IMG/VR virus record: IMGVR_UViG_3300037484_000042
Span: 1-44,889 of that record
Strand: one strand, 5' to 3'
Length of the DNA: 44,889 bases
From: a virus
Taxonomy: Duplodnaviria > Caudoviricetes
Below are positions 1 to 10,177 of the stretch, piece by piece. The number at the start of each line of letters is the position of its first letter. The stretch's first letter is position 1. The position numbers were made by a program, and so were the translations under genes. The notes under the pieces are model-generated. The model had not been told where the DNA came from. It was given only the letters and a program-made list of their open reading frames with translations, and ran no database searches.

Positions 1-127
1 GCTAAGCGTATGGGTATGGATGGCATGGAGGTTATCTGTTGTGATGATTGTGCTGCCATGCTTGCCAAGGATGAGTTGTTTAATGCTACTCCTTTTAATA
101 ATGCAATCTACTTACGGGGTAATTAGA
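1..127. repeat. 127-bp terminal overlap identical to 44763-44889 (circular assembly junction)
   Basis: Exact match of the first and last 127 nt. It falls inside the GATase CDS and 127 is a common assembler k-mer, so this is not a biological terminal repeat. Confidence 0.95.
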
Positions 128-304
128 ATGGAGAGGTACCCATGTATTAAGCAACATTTAATCAGTCCATTACGTGTGCTATTCATAACAGATCGGATCG
201 GTATCGTGGTATGTAAAAATGTGTACTGGGAGGCAGGAACCAAGAAGGTTACTTGGTCGCCCACTGCCTTTCGTGAGATTAACGAGATAAGGGGAGGTAA
301 ATAA
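128..304 (+). CDS. hypothetical protein
   Basis: ATG at 128 follows the GATase stop, with a GGGG SD inside the palindrome at 109-125. Confidence 0.5.
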   Translation: MERYPCIKQHLISPLRVLFITDRIGIVVCKNVYWEAGTKKVTWSPTAFREINEIRGGK

Positions 305-305
305 T

Positions 306-500
306 ATGCACTGCAAAGCCTGTGATAAGCAGATGAATGATGATACTTGTAAGTGGAATATGAAGTTAAAATCCTTAGAAAATCTATGCCCTGAATGTTT
401 GGCAGAGGTGGACGAAGTGTTGCTAACTTTTAAAAGACTTGACAATATTAGAGAGGAGAAGTATAATGTATCCAAAGATAAAGATATGGTATCATCCTGA
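306..500 (+). CDS. small Zn-ribbon hypothetical protein
   Basis: GGAGG SD; CKAC...CPEC motif. Confidence 0.6.
   Translation: MHCKACDKQMNDDTCKWNMKLKSLENLCPECLAEVDEVLLTFKRLDNIREEKYNVSKDKDMVSS
439..467 (+). promoter_or_regulatory. sigma70 promoter upstream of the replication module
   Basis: Perfect TTGACA(439-444)-N17-TATAAT(462-467). Confidence 0.85.
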
Positions 501-807
501 TAAGATAAATACTGTAGTTGTACTCTTTAATAAAAATCAATGTGGTATATATTTATCAATGAAAAGTAGTCAACATCGTACGGGTACGCAGTCTGCTGGT
601 TTTGCAGAGAGAGCATTTCTTTTACTGCATCCAGCAGGGAGGCTACTTGTATGATCTACTTTTCTGAAGCAGGAACGGTAATAACGGATAGAGGAATAGC
701 CCTACAATTTCAACCTACGTTTGAATGTCTAAGCTACATCCTTGGCTATGTTGTTCCTTTGAAACCAGCCTATAGGCCTCATCCTGCATATGAAGGAGGT
801 AGAACAG

Positions 808-2409
808 ATGATTATAGGAGATGCCCCTTGCCCCCGATGCCGAGAGAACGGCAGAGATAAGACAGGCAATCATCTTATCCTTTTTGATAATGGCAATGCG
901 TATTGTAATCGTTGCAATTACAAAGTAATTAACAGTGCAAGAACAGAGGAGGAACCATTGAACAAGTACTTCACTATGGCAGAGGTTAGTACATTGCCTA
1001 TCCTACCTATCCAAGCAAGGGGGATACATCAGATCACGTGTGAACACTTCGGGGTACGGGTGGCCTTGGATGAAGAGACAGCATCAACCATCATCAACCA
1101 TGCATACCCTTACTTCAACAGTAAGATGCAATTGCAGAGGTATAAGATACGTGATGTAGCTAATAAGAAGTTCATGCTGATTGGTGATAAGTGTGAGGAT
1201 CAACTACTCTTTGGTCAGCAGAATGTACCGAGTGGTGGGAGTAAGCGATTACTTATCTGTTGTGGTGAGTGTGATGCTATGGCGGCATGGCAGATGTTAC
1301 GTAAGAGGAATAGTAATTATCCTGCTCATGTAGTATCACCCATACATGGGGAGAACTTGGACAGCATCAAACAGAATGCCGCATTCATTCAGTCCTATGC
1401 AGAGATTGTAGTGGCTGGTGATATGGATGCAGTGGGTCGTAAGTTTGCTAATGATATAGCCCTACTCTTTGGCCCTGCTGTACGTATCATGTCCTTCTCC
1501 GAGAAAGATGTGAATGATATGCTGATGCAGGGTAAGGATCAGGAGTTCATTGATGCTTACTACAATGCCAAGCCATACAAGGCAGACTACATTGCATCTG
1601 TTGATGATATCTTTGAGGATGCGATTAAGATGCCAGAGTGGGGTCTCTCATACCCTTGGCCCTCATTGACAGCCTTATCCTATGGTATCAGACGTAAGGA
1701 GTGCATCTTCCTTGGTGCTGGTGTTGGTATCGGTAAGACTGATTGGGCTTTGCAACTACAGGAACACTTGATTAACTTTCATGGGGTAGTGCCGGGGCTT
1801 CTCATGCTTGAGCAACCTGTTGGTCGTACACTCAAGACCCTAGCTGGTAAGTTTGCAGGTATTCCCTTTCATAAGCCTGATGCAAACTTTACACAAGATC
1901 AGCTGATTGAAGGGATTGATAGACTGAGGGATAAGGTCTACCTCTTTAATCATTATGGTGTAAAGGATTGGGATAGTGCTAAGAAAGCTATTCGTACTAT
2001 GGTTGTATATCATGGGATCAAAGATATTTTTATTGATCCTATCACAGCTCTCGTCTCTCATCTGAGTAGTAGTGAAGCTAATGATGAGATCAATAAGATC
2101 GCTGGTGAGTTAGCAAGCATGACACATGAGCTTGACTTCACAGCCTATGGGTTCAGTCACCTTAATCCACCTAAGACTGGCCCCCCACATGAGCGTGGTG
2201 GTATGGTACATGAGTCACAGTTCACAGGTAGTCGTGGATTGATGCGGTATGGTCACTACCTCTTCGGTCTTGAAAGGAATAAAGATCCAGAGTTAACTGA
2301 AGCTGAAAGAAATCTTACCAAGTTCGTACTGCTAAAGGATAGGGAGTTTGGTAATAGTGGTTCCTTTTATATTAAATACAATAAGGATACTGGAACGTAC
2401 TTGGAGTAG
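808..2409 (+). CDS. T7 gp4-like DNA primase-helicase
   Basis: N-terminal Zn finger (CPRC...CNRC), TOPRIM (GECDA, DMD), Walker A GAGVGIGKT, FIDPIT, FTGSRG, LLKDREFG; GGAGG SD before ATG 808. Confidence 0.95.
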   Translation: MIIGDAPCPRCRENGRDKTGNHLILFDNGNAYCNRCNYKVINSARTEEEPLNKYFTMAEVSTLPILPIQARGIHQITCEHFGVRVALDEETASTIINHAYPYFNSKMQLQRYKIRDVANKKFMLIGDKCEDQLLFGQQNVPSGGSKRLLICCGECDAMAAWQMLRKRNSNYPAHVVSPIHGENLDSIKQNAAFIQSYAEIVVAGDMDAVGRKFANDIALLFGPAVRIMSFSEKDVNDMLMQGKDQEFIDAYYNAKPYKADYIASVDDIFEDAIKMPEWGLSYPWPSLTALSYGIRRKECIFLGAGVGIGKTDWALQLQEHLINFHGVVPGLLMLEQPVGRTLKTLAGKFAGIPFHKPDANFTQDQLIEGIDRLRDKVYLFNHYGVKDWDSAKKAIRTMVVYHGIKDIFIDPITALVSHLSSSEANDEINKIAGELASMTHELDFTAYGFSHLNPPKTGPPHERGGMVHESQFTGSRGLMRYGHYLFGLERNKDPELTEAERNLTKFVLLKDREFGNSGSFYIKYNKDTGTYLE

Positions 2410-2745
2410 CTATGAAAATATGTTATTGTAATACATACGAAGCTTACTTCTTGACCCTAGAAAATAATCGGGTGTTGTGGTTAGCTCAGAGACAGGTTGG
2501 TCAGATTGATTACCATCGACTTTGTAGGTACGATACAGAGATCAATGAACGGAGGGTGGAGACATGAAGATCACCATATCAAAAGGGGGATGATAGATGT
2601 GTGCTTCTGCATCGTGGTTATGGGAGGGGGATAGTATTACTACAGTATGGTCCCAACTACGTTGAGCATGAGAGGGATTGGACACCCGATAATTACTTTG
2701 AAAGGTTATCCTCTGATATCAGCCTTAATAGCCGAGGTATACACA

Positions 2746-3543
2746 ATGACACTTATAGGAGATAGTGAGAGTGATGGATTTAAGTATGAAGCTACACGAT
2801 TGTGGATGGTAGTTACTTATAATGTTGAGAGTAAGGGATGGATTATATCCCTTGATCAACCCATTAGTGATTATGATATGGAGGGTATCTGTTTAATTAC
2901 AGGTGTAAGTAGTCCTCAAGTATTCATTGGTCATGAAGAACACCTCATGATTATGAAACAACATAAGCTAGTCTTTCACAATGGTATCATGCATGATTTC
3001 CCCTTGATACGTAAGCTATATCCGTGGTGGAAGGAAGGGGAGAAGGATGATACCTTTATTATGTCCTCTCTCTTCAACCCTGATCGTGAGGCACCTACGG
3101 GTAGTAAGAAACCTCATAGTATTGAGGCATGGGGCATACGCTTCGGACAGAGGAAGGTAGTGTACGATCAGTGGGATAGACAGACAGCCCTTATGCTTAT
3201 CCGCTGTATTGAAGATGTTAAGATAGGACATAGGACGTATGACCATCTACGTATTGAGAGTAAGGGGTGGGATTGGTCACGTTCCTTACAGCTTGAGTAC
3301 ATGATGGGTAAGATACAAGCACAGCAAGAGATGAATGGTGTTACCTTCGATGTGGATAAGGCACACACCATCCTCTCACAGATAGATGAGGAGGTAGCTA
3401 CGATTGACACCGTTGTATTAGAGCAGATACCGAGAAGAGTTGTATCAGTTGGAGCTGAGGTTAGTAAACCTTTTAAAAAGAATGGTACATACACTAAACA
3501 AGTGGAGGATTGGATGCATGAATGTGAAGGGCCCATTCACTAG
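2746..3543 (+). CDS. DNA polymerase A, part 1 (3'-5' exonuclease plus start of thumb)
   Basis: ExoI GDSESDG, ExoII FHNGIMHD, HSIEAWG, ExoIII RCIEDV, QEMNGVTFD; GAGG SD before ATG 2746. Confidence 0.9.
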   Translation: MTLIGDSESDGFKYEATRLWMVVTYNVESKGWIISLDQPISDYDMEGICLITGVSSPQVFIGHEEHLMIMKQHKLVFHNGIMHDFPLIRKLYPWWKEGEKDDTFIMSSLFNPDREAPTGSKKPHSIEAWGIRFGQRKVVYDQWDRQTALMLIRCIEDVKIGHRTYDHLRIESKGWDWSRSLQLEYMMGKIQAQQEMNGVTFDVDKAHTILSQIDEEVATIDTVVLEQIPRRVVSVGAEVSKPFKKNGTYTKQVEDWMHECEGPIH

Positions 3544-4943
3544 GATTAACTACAATGTAATTAACCTTAACAGTGATACCCAAGTCAAGGCATATCTTCT
3601 CTCACAAGGATGGCAACCTACTCAATGGAACTATAAGAAGGATGGTAAGAAGTGGGTGTATGATGAGAAGGGTAATAAGGTAAAGACTAGTCCTAAGCTA
3701 ACGGAGGATAGCTTTGCTAGTGTTGATGGTGATATACCTAAGCTAGTAGCTAGGCGTAGTGTGTTACTGCATCGTAGGGGTACGATAAGTAATCTTAAAG
3801 ACCCTGAGAATAAGGGATGGCTAAGTAATGTTAGACCTGATGGGAAGATTGAGGCATGTGCTGTACCACAAGCATGTAACACTGGAAGATTCAGACACAG
3901 TGTGGTAGTGAATGTCCCTAAGGCTAGTCCCAAGGTACCGTATGGTGAGGCTATGCGTTCCCTGTTCATTGCATCTCCCGGCTATACGATGGTAGGTGTG
4001 GATGCTAAGGCTCTTGAAGCACGCACAGAGGCACACAATTGCTTTCCCTTTACTGGTGGTGAAGCTTATGCTCACACCCTTGTAGATGGGGATGTACATG
4101 CCTTTAATGCCGCTATCTTTGGAACAGATAGGGATGGTGCTAAGGCACCTAAGTATGCGTTATGAGTTGGCGCATATAAAATCCTGTGAACTCAGGAAAT
4201 ATCTCACTGAGACAATCCTGAACCAAGCTTAGCAGAGAACTATATGAGGAATATAGAGTGTCCATAGATCGCACGTGGGTAGCACTGGCGGGGAGACTGC
4301 TTTGAAGGCGCAACGACTATCCCTTTTGGGAGTACACTCAAGTGAGTGGAAGCGCAGGATACCAGCAATGGTAATGATATAGTCTGATCTGTATGGCGAC
4401 ATACAGCAGCTTGAATAAAGCGGGGTGAAGTTAGCGACATCACCTGAACATCATGTAACATATGGAGCATACGCACCGAAGCTAGCCGCTACACTTAACT
4501 GTTCATTAGAGCGTGCCGATGAGTTGTATGCAGCATTCTGGACAGGTAACACTGCACTGGCTGAGTTCAAGGACAGTGTGATAGAAGAATTTAGAAAGAA
4601 TGGAGGTAAGCATGGTGGATTCATAAGAGGATTGGATGGTAGAAAACTGTATGGACGAAGTGAACATAGTCTAGTCAATCTGAAATTTCAGAGCGATGGA
4701 GCAATCCTTGTTAAGGCGGCTATGTGTTTCCTCTTTGCTAAGTGGTTGCCTAAGAGTGGGATAGATTATCGTCTATTGATTCAGCAGCACGATGAGTGGG
4801 AAGTAGAGGTTAGGAATGGACAGGAGGATGAGTATATTAAGCTGGCTCTCCTATCCCTAGAGAAGGCAGGACAATACTTTAATTATAACGTACCAATCCT
4901 AGGTGATGCTAAGGTAGGACAGAATTGGTCAGAAGTTCATTGA
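3518..4943 (+). CDS. DNA polymerase A, part 2 (polymerase domain); join(3518..4160,4456..4943), 376 aa
   Basis: NLNS..QVK, TGRF, motif A VGVDAKALEAR, motif B restored by splicing (RDGAKAPKYALTYGA), FQSDGA, motif C QHDE; GGAGG SD before ATG 3518. Confidence 0.9.
4161..4455 (+). mobile_element. group I intron without ORF (295 nt) in DNA polymerase motif B
   Basis: 5' exon ends in U and pairs UAUGCGU/GCGCAUA (P1); terminal G4455; P10 GUUG/UAAC; core elements GTGAACTCAGGAAA, AATCCTGAACCAAG, CAACGACTA, GATATAGTC. Removal restores the frame and KxxxYxxxYG. Confidence 0.93.
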
Positions 4944-4952
4944 AAATAATCC

Positions 4953-4980
4953 TTGCACTCCACTAAATCTATGGTATAAT
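4953..4980 (+). promoter_or_regulatory. sigma70 promoter (extended -10) for the SSB/nucleotide-metabolism block
   Basis: TTGCAC-N16-TATAAT with TG at the extended -10 position; palindrome copy just downstream at 4995-5011. Confidence 0.75.
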
Positions 4981-5056
4981 ATAGTTAAGAGTATTAATTA
5001 CAGTGTAAGTATGTAAGTAGCATTCTATTATTAATAAAAGAAAGGAGAAGTAAAGT

Positions 5057-5509
5057 ATGATTATCAATGGCGTAGCATATTGGGCATCCCTTCAGACTCC
5101 TAATACTAAGTTTGAACCCTGCTGGTGTATCACTGTGGAAGTAGATGCAGCTACTAGCACTACCCTGCAGGAGGCAGGACTTAAACCTAAGATGGTTGAT
5201 GGTAAGGCTCGGTATCAGTTCAAGCGTTTGACGATTGACAAGAAGACCAATAGTCCTAATCCTCGACCACCTCAGCTTAATGTAGATGGTGTACCCTTCG
5301 CTGATAATGTGGGTAATGGTAGTCTTGTTACTATTCAGGCCTTCATCAAACCTTGGAAGTGGAATGGTAAGAGTGGTGTGAAGTCAGAGCTTCAGGGTGT
5401 TAAGGTTATGGAGCTGGTACCCTTCGGTGAGGTTAAGCCTGATGATGGTAGTGAGTTGGGTATGGCCCCACCTGCATCACCCACTGATGATGAGTTGTTT
5501 AGTGAATAA
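5057..5509 (+). CDS. single-stranded DNA-binding protein (T7 gp2.5-like)
   Basis: VGNGS, LQGVKVMELVPF, acidic aromatic tail DDELFSE; position after the polymerase. Confidence 0.75.
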   Translation: MIINGVAYWASLQTPNTKFEPCWCITVEVDAATSTTLQEAGLKPKMVDGKARYQFKRLTIDKKTNSPNPRPPQLNVDGVPFADNVGNGSLVTIQAFIKPWKWNGKSGVKSELQGVKVMELVPFGEVKPDDGSELGMAPPASPTDDELFSE

Positions 5510-5649
5510 GAAAGGCTATAGGCTAATTCAAGTCCTCTCCTCCTTGAGCTTCTATGGTTGGAAGCCTTGGAAGGGAGGGCTTTACTATCACAAAGAATGG
5601 AGGCGCATCTGCAAGATGCTTAAGGCCTACCATATGGGAGAGTGAATGG

Positions 5650-6351
5650 ATGAGTAATTACTATCAAGACGATAAGGGACGAGATATCCCAAGGGTTACA
5701 AACATTACAGGTCAGCTAGATAAGAGTGATGGGTTGATGCGGTGGTCTGCACAACAGACAGCTCTCTATGTATTGGCACAGTATGGGTTGGATAACAGAG
5801 ACCTTGCAGAGGTATGTAGGGTAGCACCGGAAGAGTATAGAAACTTGAGTCAAGCCGCTTGTGATATTGGTAGTGAGGTTCACTCCCGTATAGAACAAGA
5901 TCTATGGGGCTACAAGTATGCTGGTGAGACGAGTAAGATTGGAGACATGGCCTTTGCTTCTTACAAACAATGGGCAGATGAGTTCAAGCCTGAGCCTATC
6001 GCTACGGAAGAGAGAGTGATGACAGATAGGTATGCTGGTACCTGTGATTTCTATGGGTACATTACAGTCAAGGGTAAGCGAAAGCTTTACGTGCTTGATT
6101 GGAAGACAAGCAACTACCTTGGTAAGGATTACTCATACCAGATTGCAGCCTATCGTCAATGCTATCCTGAAGCTGAGGGTTGTGGTATCCTTCGTATTGA
6201 TAAGGAGCAACCTAGTATCTGGCAGTGGAGGGATACATCTAAGACTTATGAAGCTGATAAGGAAGTCTTCAATACCCTTGTCTCTCTTTGGTGGCTAACG
6301 CATCCCAACAAAAGCAAGGACTATGACAAGAAAACAAAAGAAGCGGAGTAA
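5650..6351 (+). CDS. PD-(D/E)XK exonuclease
   Basis: PRVTNI, GSEVH, YAGTCD, LDWKTS, QIAAY motifs. Confidence 0.8.
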   Translation: MSNYYQDDKGRDIPRVTNITGQLDKSDGLMRWSAQQTALYVLAQYGLDNRDLAEVCRVAPEEYRNLSQAACDIGSEVHSRIEQDLWGYKYAGETSKIGDMAFASYKQWADEFKPEPIATEERVMTDRYAGTCDFYGYITVKGKRKLYVLDWKTSNYLGKDYSYQIAAYRQCYPEAEGCGILRIDKEQPSIWQWRDTSKTYEADKEVFNTLVSLWWLTHPNKSKDYDKKTKEAE

Positions 6352-6700
6352 GGAAGAGGTTACTGGCACCATACAGATCAAACCACTCTCGGTTAATAAA
6401 TGTTGGTTAGGTAAGAAGAGGAAGAGTGCAGACTATCGTAAGTATGAAGAGGAAGTAGCTTCTTGTATTGAAGATAGAGAACCACTATGGGAACGTGGGA
6501 GATTAACTCTTACTCTTACTTTTGGGTTCAGTACTAACAGTGCTGATGTTGATAACCCTATCAAACCTATACAAGATATACTCCAGAAGGTATACAACTT
6601 TAATGATAAGAGGATCTTTCATTTAGTTGTTACTAAGGTACTGGTAAAGAAGGGACAAGAGTTCCTTTCTTATTCGATTATTCCTTACAAGGAGGACTAA
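6323..6700 (+). CDS. RusA-like Holliday junction resolvase
   Basis: KPLSVN and DVDNPIKPIQD...FND motifs. Confidence 0.8.
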   Translation: MTRKQKKRSKEEVTGTIQIKPLSVNKCWLGKKRKSADYRKYEEEVASCIEDREPLWERGRLTLTLTFGFSTNSADVDNPIKPIQDILQKVYNFNDKRIFHLVVTKVLVKKGQEFLSYSIIPYKED

Positions 6701-6703
6701 TGA

Positions 6704-7420
6704 TTGTTAAAAGCATACAGAAATGAAAGCCTAATGTTTCTCTCTGATACCCACCTACCCTACATGCATCCAGATGCACTGGCCTTTCTGTCTAAGGTTA
6801 AGGAGGTGGTTAAACCAGAGCGTACCTTTCACGTTGGGGATCTAACAGATCAATACGTCTTTTCTTCTTATCCTAAGACCCCTGAAGCTGATGGGGTAGG
6901 ACAAGAGATGCGTAGGGTATGGGCTAGTGTTAAGAAGCTTGGCTCCCTATTCCCTGACCTTGTTATTGTCAGCAGTAACCATGATGATCGTGTGTATAAG
7001 AGGAGTAGGACAGCTGGTATTCCAAAGGAAATGGTTATCCCATATAAGGATCTGATTAAAGCAACTAAGTTTAATTGGCGATGGGTTAATGATTACACAT
7101 TGAGACTGAGTAATAAGCAGCACCTATACATCACCCATACAAAAGGAGAGAACACATTAGCCCTTGCTAAGGCAGTAGCTATGAATGTAGTAGTAGGGCA
7201 TCATCATAATAAGCATGGTATCAATTGGTTCTCAACCCCACTCCAGTCACTCTTCGCTATAGATACTGGATGCTTGATTGAGGATAGTTCATACGCCTTT
7301 GCTTATAATAAGATGAGCATCATACGACCCATGCTTGGGTGTGCTGCTATCTGTAATGGTAAGCCCTATCTCTTCACGATGAATTTAAATAAGGCTGGTC
7401 GTTGGAATGGTTTAATCTAA
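6704..7420 (+). CDS. calcineurin-like metallophosphoesterase
   Basis: SDTH, GDLTD, SNHD, GHHH motifs; TTG start with GGAGG SD. Confidence 0.88.
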   Translation: MLKAYRNESLMFLSDTHLPYMHPDALAFLSKVKEVVKPERTFHVGDLTDQYVFSSYPKTPEADGVGQEMRRVWASVKKLGSLFPDLVIVSSNHDDRVYKRSRTAGIPKEMVIPYKDLIKATKFNWRWVNDYTLRLSNKQHLYITHTKGENTLALAKAVAMNVVVGHHHNKHGINWFSTPLQSLFAIDTGCLIEDSSYAFAYNKMSIIRPMLGCAAICNGKPYLFTMNLNKAGRWNGLI

Positions 7421-7443
7421 AACTAATTACGAGGTAATTAAGT

Positions 7444-7596
7444 ATGCCCGTCTATACATTGTTTCATTCTGTTGATAAGGTTAATAGTTTATATCAGGTA
7501 TGGGACTACGGTACGTATGAAGAAGCAGAGGAACATATGGCAGAGCTAAAGGAAGGCTCATCTTATATCCGTCTAACCATTGAGGTAGATGAATAA
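7444..7596 (+). CDS. hypothetical protein (50 aa)
   Basis: Below the ORF-track cutoff; GAGG SD embedded in the palindrome at 7424-7440; TAATG coupling to the next ORF. Confidence 0.55.
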   Translation: MPVYTLFHSVDKVNSLYQVWDYGTYEEAEEHMAELKEGSSYIRLTIEVDE

Positions 7597-7760
7597 TGTT
7601 TACACGTGAAGAGATCAAGGAGAAGATGAAGGAGAGAGAGAGTCCCGATGATATTTTGGATCTTCTCGACCCTACGACAGAGGATCTTGTGGAGGCATTA
7701 GACTTCTTCTTAGAAGATGATGCACTCTTTCTTAATTTGTGTGAGAGGTATGAAGATTAG
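7596..7760 (+). CDS. small acidic hypothetical protein (54 aa)
   Basis: MFTREEIKEK...ILDLLDPTTEDLVEAL; translationally coupled to the upstream ORF. Confidence 0.55.
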   Translation: MFTREEIKEKMKERESPDDILDLLDPTTEDLVEALDFFLEDDALFLNLCERYED

Positions 7761-7784
7761 TACAGTTTGCAATGGGGGAAAGTG

Positions 7785-8408
7785 ATGCAAGTAAATATAA
7801 TTGAAGAGGCAGGTTATAACAGCGCGCTCTATGGGTTCAGCCTGAGTTATAAAGACAGGGCTATTCCTAGGGAGGAGTGGTGGTACACGGATGATGATTC
7901 TGATTTTAACCAGTACACATATGATGCTGGCGACCCTATCTGTCACCGCATGAAGCAGACACAGAAGACAGCCACAGCGAATGCTGGTAGAGGCATGGGT
8001 CATGACAAGTGGTTGCGTCAGGTAGTAGTCTTCTTGGACATAGAAGCTCCACGTTACTGGTGGTCAGAGATGGACACTTATAAGGTCAGTACTGTGGCTC
8101 AGAGTGAAAGCACTATGCACACTCTGATGAAGCGTAATGCTACACATGAGGATTTTGATGGCACTATTTCTAGTCGAGTCCTTCAAGACCTTAACGATTG
8201 TGTATCAGAGAGACAGTCTATACATATTATTAAGGGGCACCTACCTGAGTCTTACCTGCAACGTAGGGTAGTCTCCCTTAACTACGCTGTCCTCCGTTGC
8301 ATCATTGAACAGAGGGGGAAGCATAAGTTACCTGAGTGGCACACACTTATTGATGCACTGTATGCACAGTGTCAGCATCCAGAACTATTACCTAAGAGGG
8401 AGGCATAG
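7785..8408 (+). CDS. ThyX-like (flavin-dependent thymidylate synthase-related) protein
   Basis: GHDKWLR, APRYWWSEMDTYK...SESTMH, LPESYLQRR, HKLPEW resemble divergent phage ThyX-like proteins; no canonical RHR motif. Confidence 0.6.
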   Translation: MQVNIIEEAGYNSALYGFSLSYKDRAIPREEWWYTDDDSDFNQYTYDAGDPICHRMKQTQKTATANAGRGMGHDKWLRQVVVFLDIEAPRYWWSEMDTYKVSTVAQSESTMHTLMKRNATHEDFDGTISSRVLQDLNDCVSERQSIHIIKGHLPESYLQRRVVSLNYAVLRCIIEQRGKHKLPEWHTLIDALYAQCQHPELLPKREA

Positions 8409-8411
8409 CAT

Positions 8412-8594
8412 ATGTCGGTAATCATACAGAACATCTCAGAGTCAGAAGGAAAACCATATGGCAGTGGGGAACAGCTGTATCAGTTACGTATTAACAATCT
8501 ACATAAGGCTTATGTAAGGCATAACTTTGAGGATGGGTTGGCTTCACTTCTCAGAGAGAGTGCCCTAGCACTTGAGGAGGCTGAGAGTATATGA
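8412..8594 (+). CDS. hypothetical protein
   Basis: GGAGG SD; packed within the operon. Confidence 0.55.
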   Translation: MSVIIQNISESEGKPYGSGEQLYQLRINNLHKAYVRHNFEDGLASLLRESALALEEAESI

Positions 8595-8675
8595 TTGCAC
8601 AGTATCTATTCTTAATTGGTTCTGCTTGCTTCTTCGTAGGAACCCTTATCAATGTTTATACATACGGAGGATGAG

Positions 8676-8894
8676 ATGTTATACCAGTACCAATGCACTA
8701 AGTGCTCATTCACTTTTGAACAGATGCAACCTGTAGCTGATAGAGATCATCCTACACTACAGGCTTGCTCTCGTTGTAGGGGGGAGGTTAAGAGATTGAT
8801 AGTACCATGCTCCTTCCACCTTAAGGGTGAGGGATGGGCTAAGGATGGCTATGTTAATAAGACTAAGGTAGCACTAGAGAGGACGGACGTATGA
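8676..8894 (+). CDS. FmdB-family Zn-ribbon protein
   Basis: YQYQCTKC...CSRC..VKRLI...FHLKGEGW. Confidence 0.8.
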   Translation: MLYQYQCTKCSFTFEQMQPVADRDHPTLQACSRCRGEVKRLIVPCSFHLKGEGWAKDGYVNKTKVALERTDV

Positions 8895-9226
8895 GTGGAA
8901 TTAAATTTGATTCTGATAAATTGAAGTGGTCTCTTCTTCCCCTTGCAGCTATGGAAGATGTAGTTAAGGTTATTAACTTTGGAGCTCAGAAGTATAGTAA
9001 GGACGGTTGGCGTAGTGTAGAGCCAGAGAGGTACCGTGATGCATTGATGCGACACCTAATGGCTGTGTGGATTGGTGAGGAAGAGGATGATCCTGAGAGT
9101 GGATTAAGCCACTATGCACACGCTATGTGTAATCTTATCTTCTTATCTATTTTAGAAAAGAAAACAGTAGTTAAATCTCGCAATCAGTTTGATAAGTATA
9201 AATCTCAAATCAATCCGGTGGACTAA
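8891..9226 (+). CDS. DUF5664-type dATP/dGTP diphosphohydrolase domain protein
   Basis: GIKFDSDK..WSLLP, FGAQKY, ALMRHL, DPESGLSHYAHAMCN. Confidence 0.85.
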   Translation: MSGIKFDSDKLKWSLLPLAAMEDVVKVINFGAQKYSKDGWRSVEPERYRDALMRHLMAVWIGEEEDDPESGLSHYAHAMCNLIFLSILEKKTVVKSRNQFDKYKSQINPVD

Positions 9227-9227
9227 T

Positions 9228-9395
9228 ATGAAGAAGCTATTTGAATTTGATACTGATGAGCCATTAGAATCTATACTTGAAATCTTTGAAGAGTACTTGC
9301 TTGATAATGGCTATACCTTTGAGGGTAATCTTTATGTGGTAGATACTTCTGAGTTTGAAGAAGTAGAAGAGGAGGAACCTGATGCATTGGATTAA
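9228..9395 (+). CDS. small acidic hypothetical protein
   Basis: ATG after the upstream stop; very Glu/Asp-rich. Confidence 0.5.
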   Translation: MKKLFEFDTDEPLESILEIFEEYLLDNGYTFEGNLYVVDTSEFEEVEEEEPDALD

Positions 9396-9831
9396 GATTA
9401 AGAGATTGTATGCAGATAGTATCGTTCCACAATATCATAGTGAACAAGCTGCTGGTCTTGACCTTCACTCTTATGAGGACACTGTAATAGGACAAGGTGA
9501 CATAGTATTGGTTAAGACTGGCATTGCTATGGAGATACCTAAGGGTTATGTTGGTATGATTAAGGATCGTAGTGGTATGGCTATGGACTACTACTACACT
9601 CATGCTGGTATAATTGATAGTGATTACAGGGGTGAGGTTAAGGTGCTACTGCACAATGATGATAGTACTTGGAAGGAGATTAAGAAGGGACAGCGTATCG
9701 CACAGCTACTTCTCATCCCTTGCCCACAAATGACTGTGAGTATTGTGGATGAGCTAAGTATGACTGAAAGAAATCAGGGTGGGTTTGGTTCTACGGGGGG
9801 CGGTGCCTATGCACATTCCAACCCGCTTTAA
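9382..9831 (+). CDS. dut: trimeric dUTPase
   Basis: AGLDL, RSG, GIIDSDYRGE, RIAQL, RNQGGFGSTG motifs. Confidence 0.95.
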   Translation: MHWIKIKRLYADSIVPQYHSEQAAGLDLHSYEDTVIGQGDIVLVKTGIAMEIPKGYVGMIKDRSGMAMDYYYTHAGIIDSDYRGEVKVLLHNDDSTWKEIKKGQRIAQLLLIPCPQMTVSIVDELSMTERNQGGFGSTGGGAYAHSNPL

Positions 9832-10132
9832 ACTATTTGCACAAACCATACTTGTAGAATTTGATCTGACATTCTTTCAGGATAGGGAGGGTGTTTATGG
9901 GTATGCTGATTATAGGAGAAATCGGATTATCTTACGACCATCCTCAGAGTTGGTTCCTGTAAATGAGGAGCAGCTTGAACAAACATTCTTGCATGAGCTT
10001 ATGCACTTTATATTATACCATATCCCTAATGTTCCCGAGGATGCGGGATACCTGCATCAAAATGAGGGGATTGTCGATCTATTGGCAAGTCTATTACATC
10101 AAGCACGAACAACTATGGAGTATGAGCAATAA
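9809..10132 (+). CDS. HExxH metallopeptidase-like protein
   Basis: TFLHELMH motif with a downstream E. Confidence 0.6.
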   Translation: MHIPTRFKLFAQTILVEFDLTFFQDREGVYGYADYRRNRIILRPSSELVPVNEEQLEQTFLHELMHFILYHIPNVPEDAGYLHQNEGIVDLLASLLHQARTTMEYEQ

Positions 10133-10177
10133 TTATTGAAATTGGGACTGAATTGAAGAATTTAGGTATTATTATAA

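Noticed and set aside
3469-3480. Slippery TTTTAAAAAG as a programmed frameshift joining the polymerase halves
   Set aside because: The join needs +1 rather than -1, conserved residues continue in frame 0 after the site, and part 2 has its own SD and ATG.
8891-9226. Z-genome (2-aminoadenine) system
   Set aside because: No PurZ-like gene was recognised; DUF5664 alone is common in phages.
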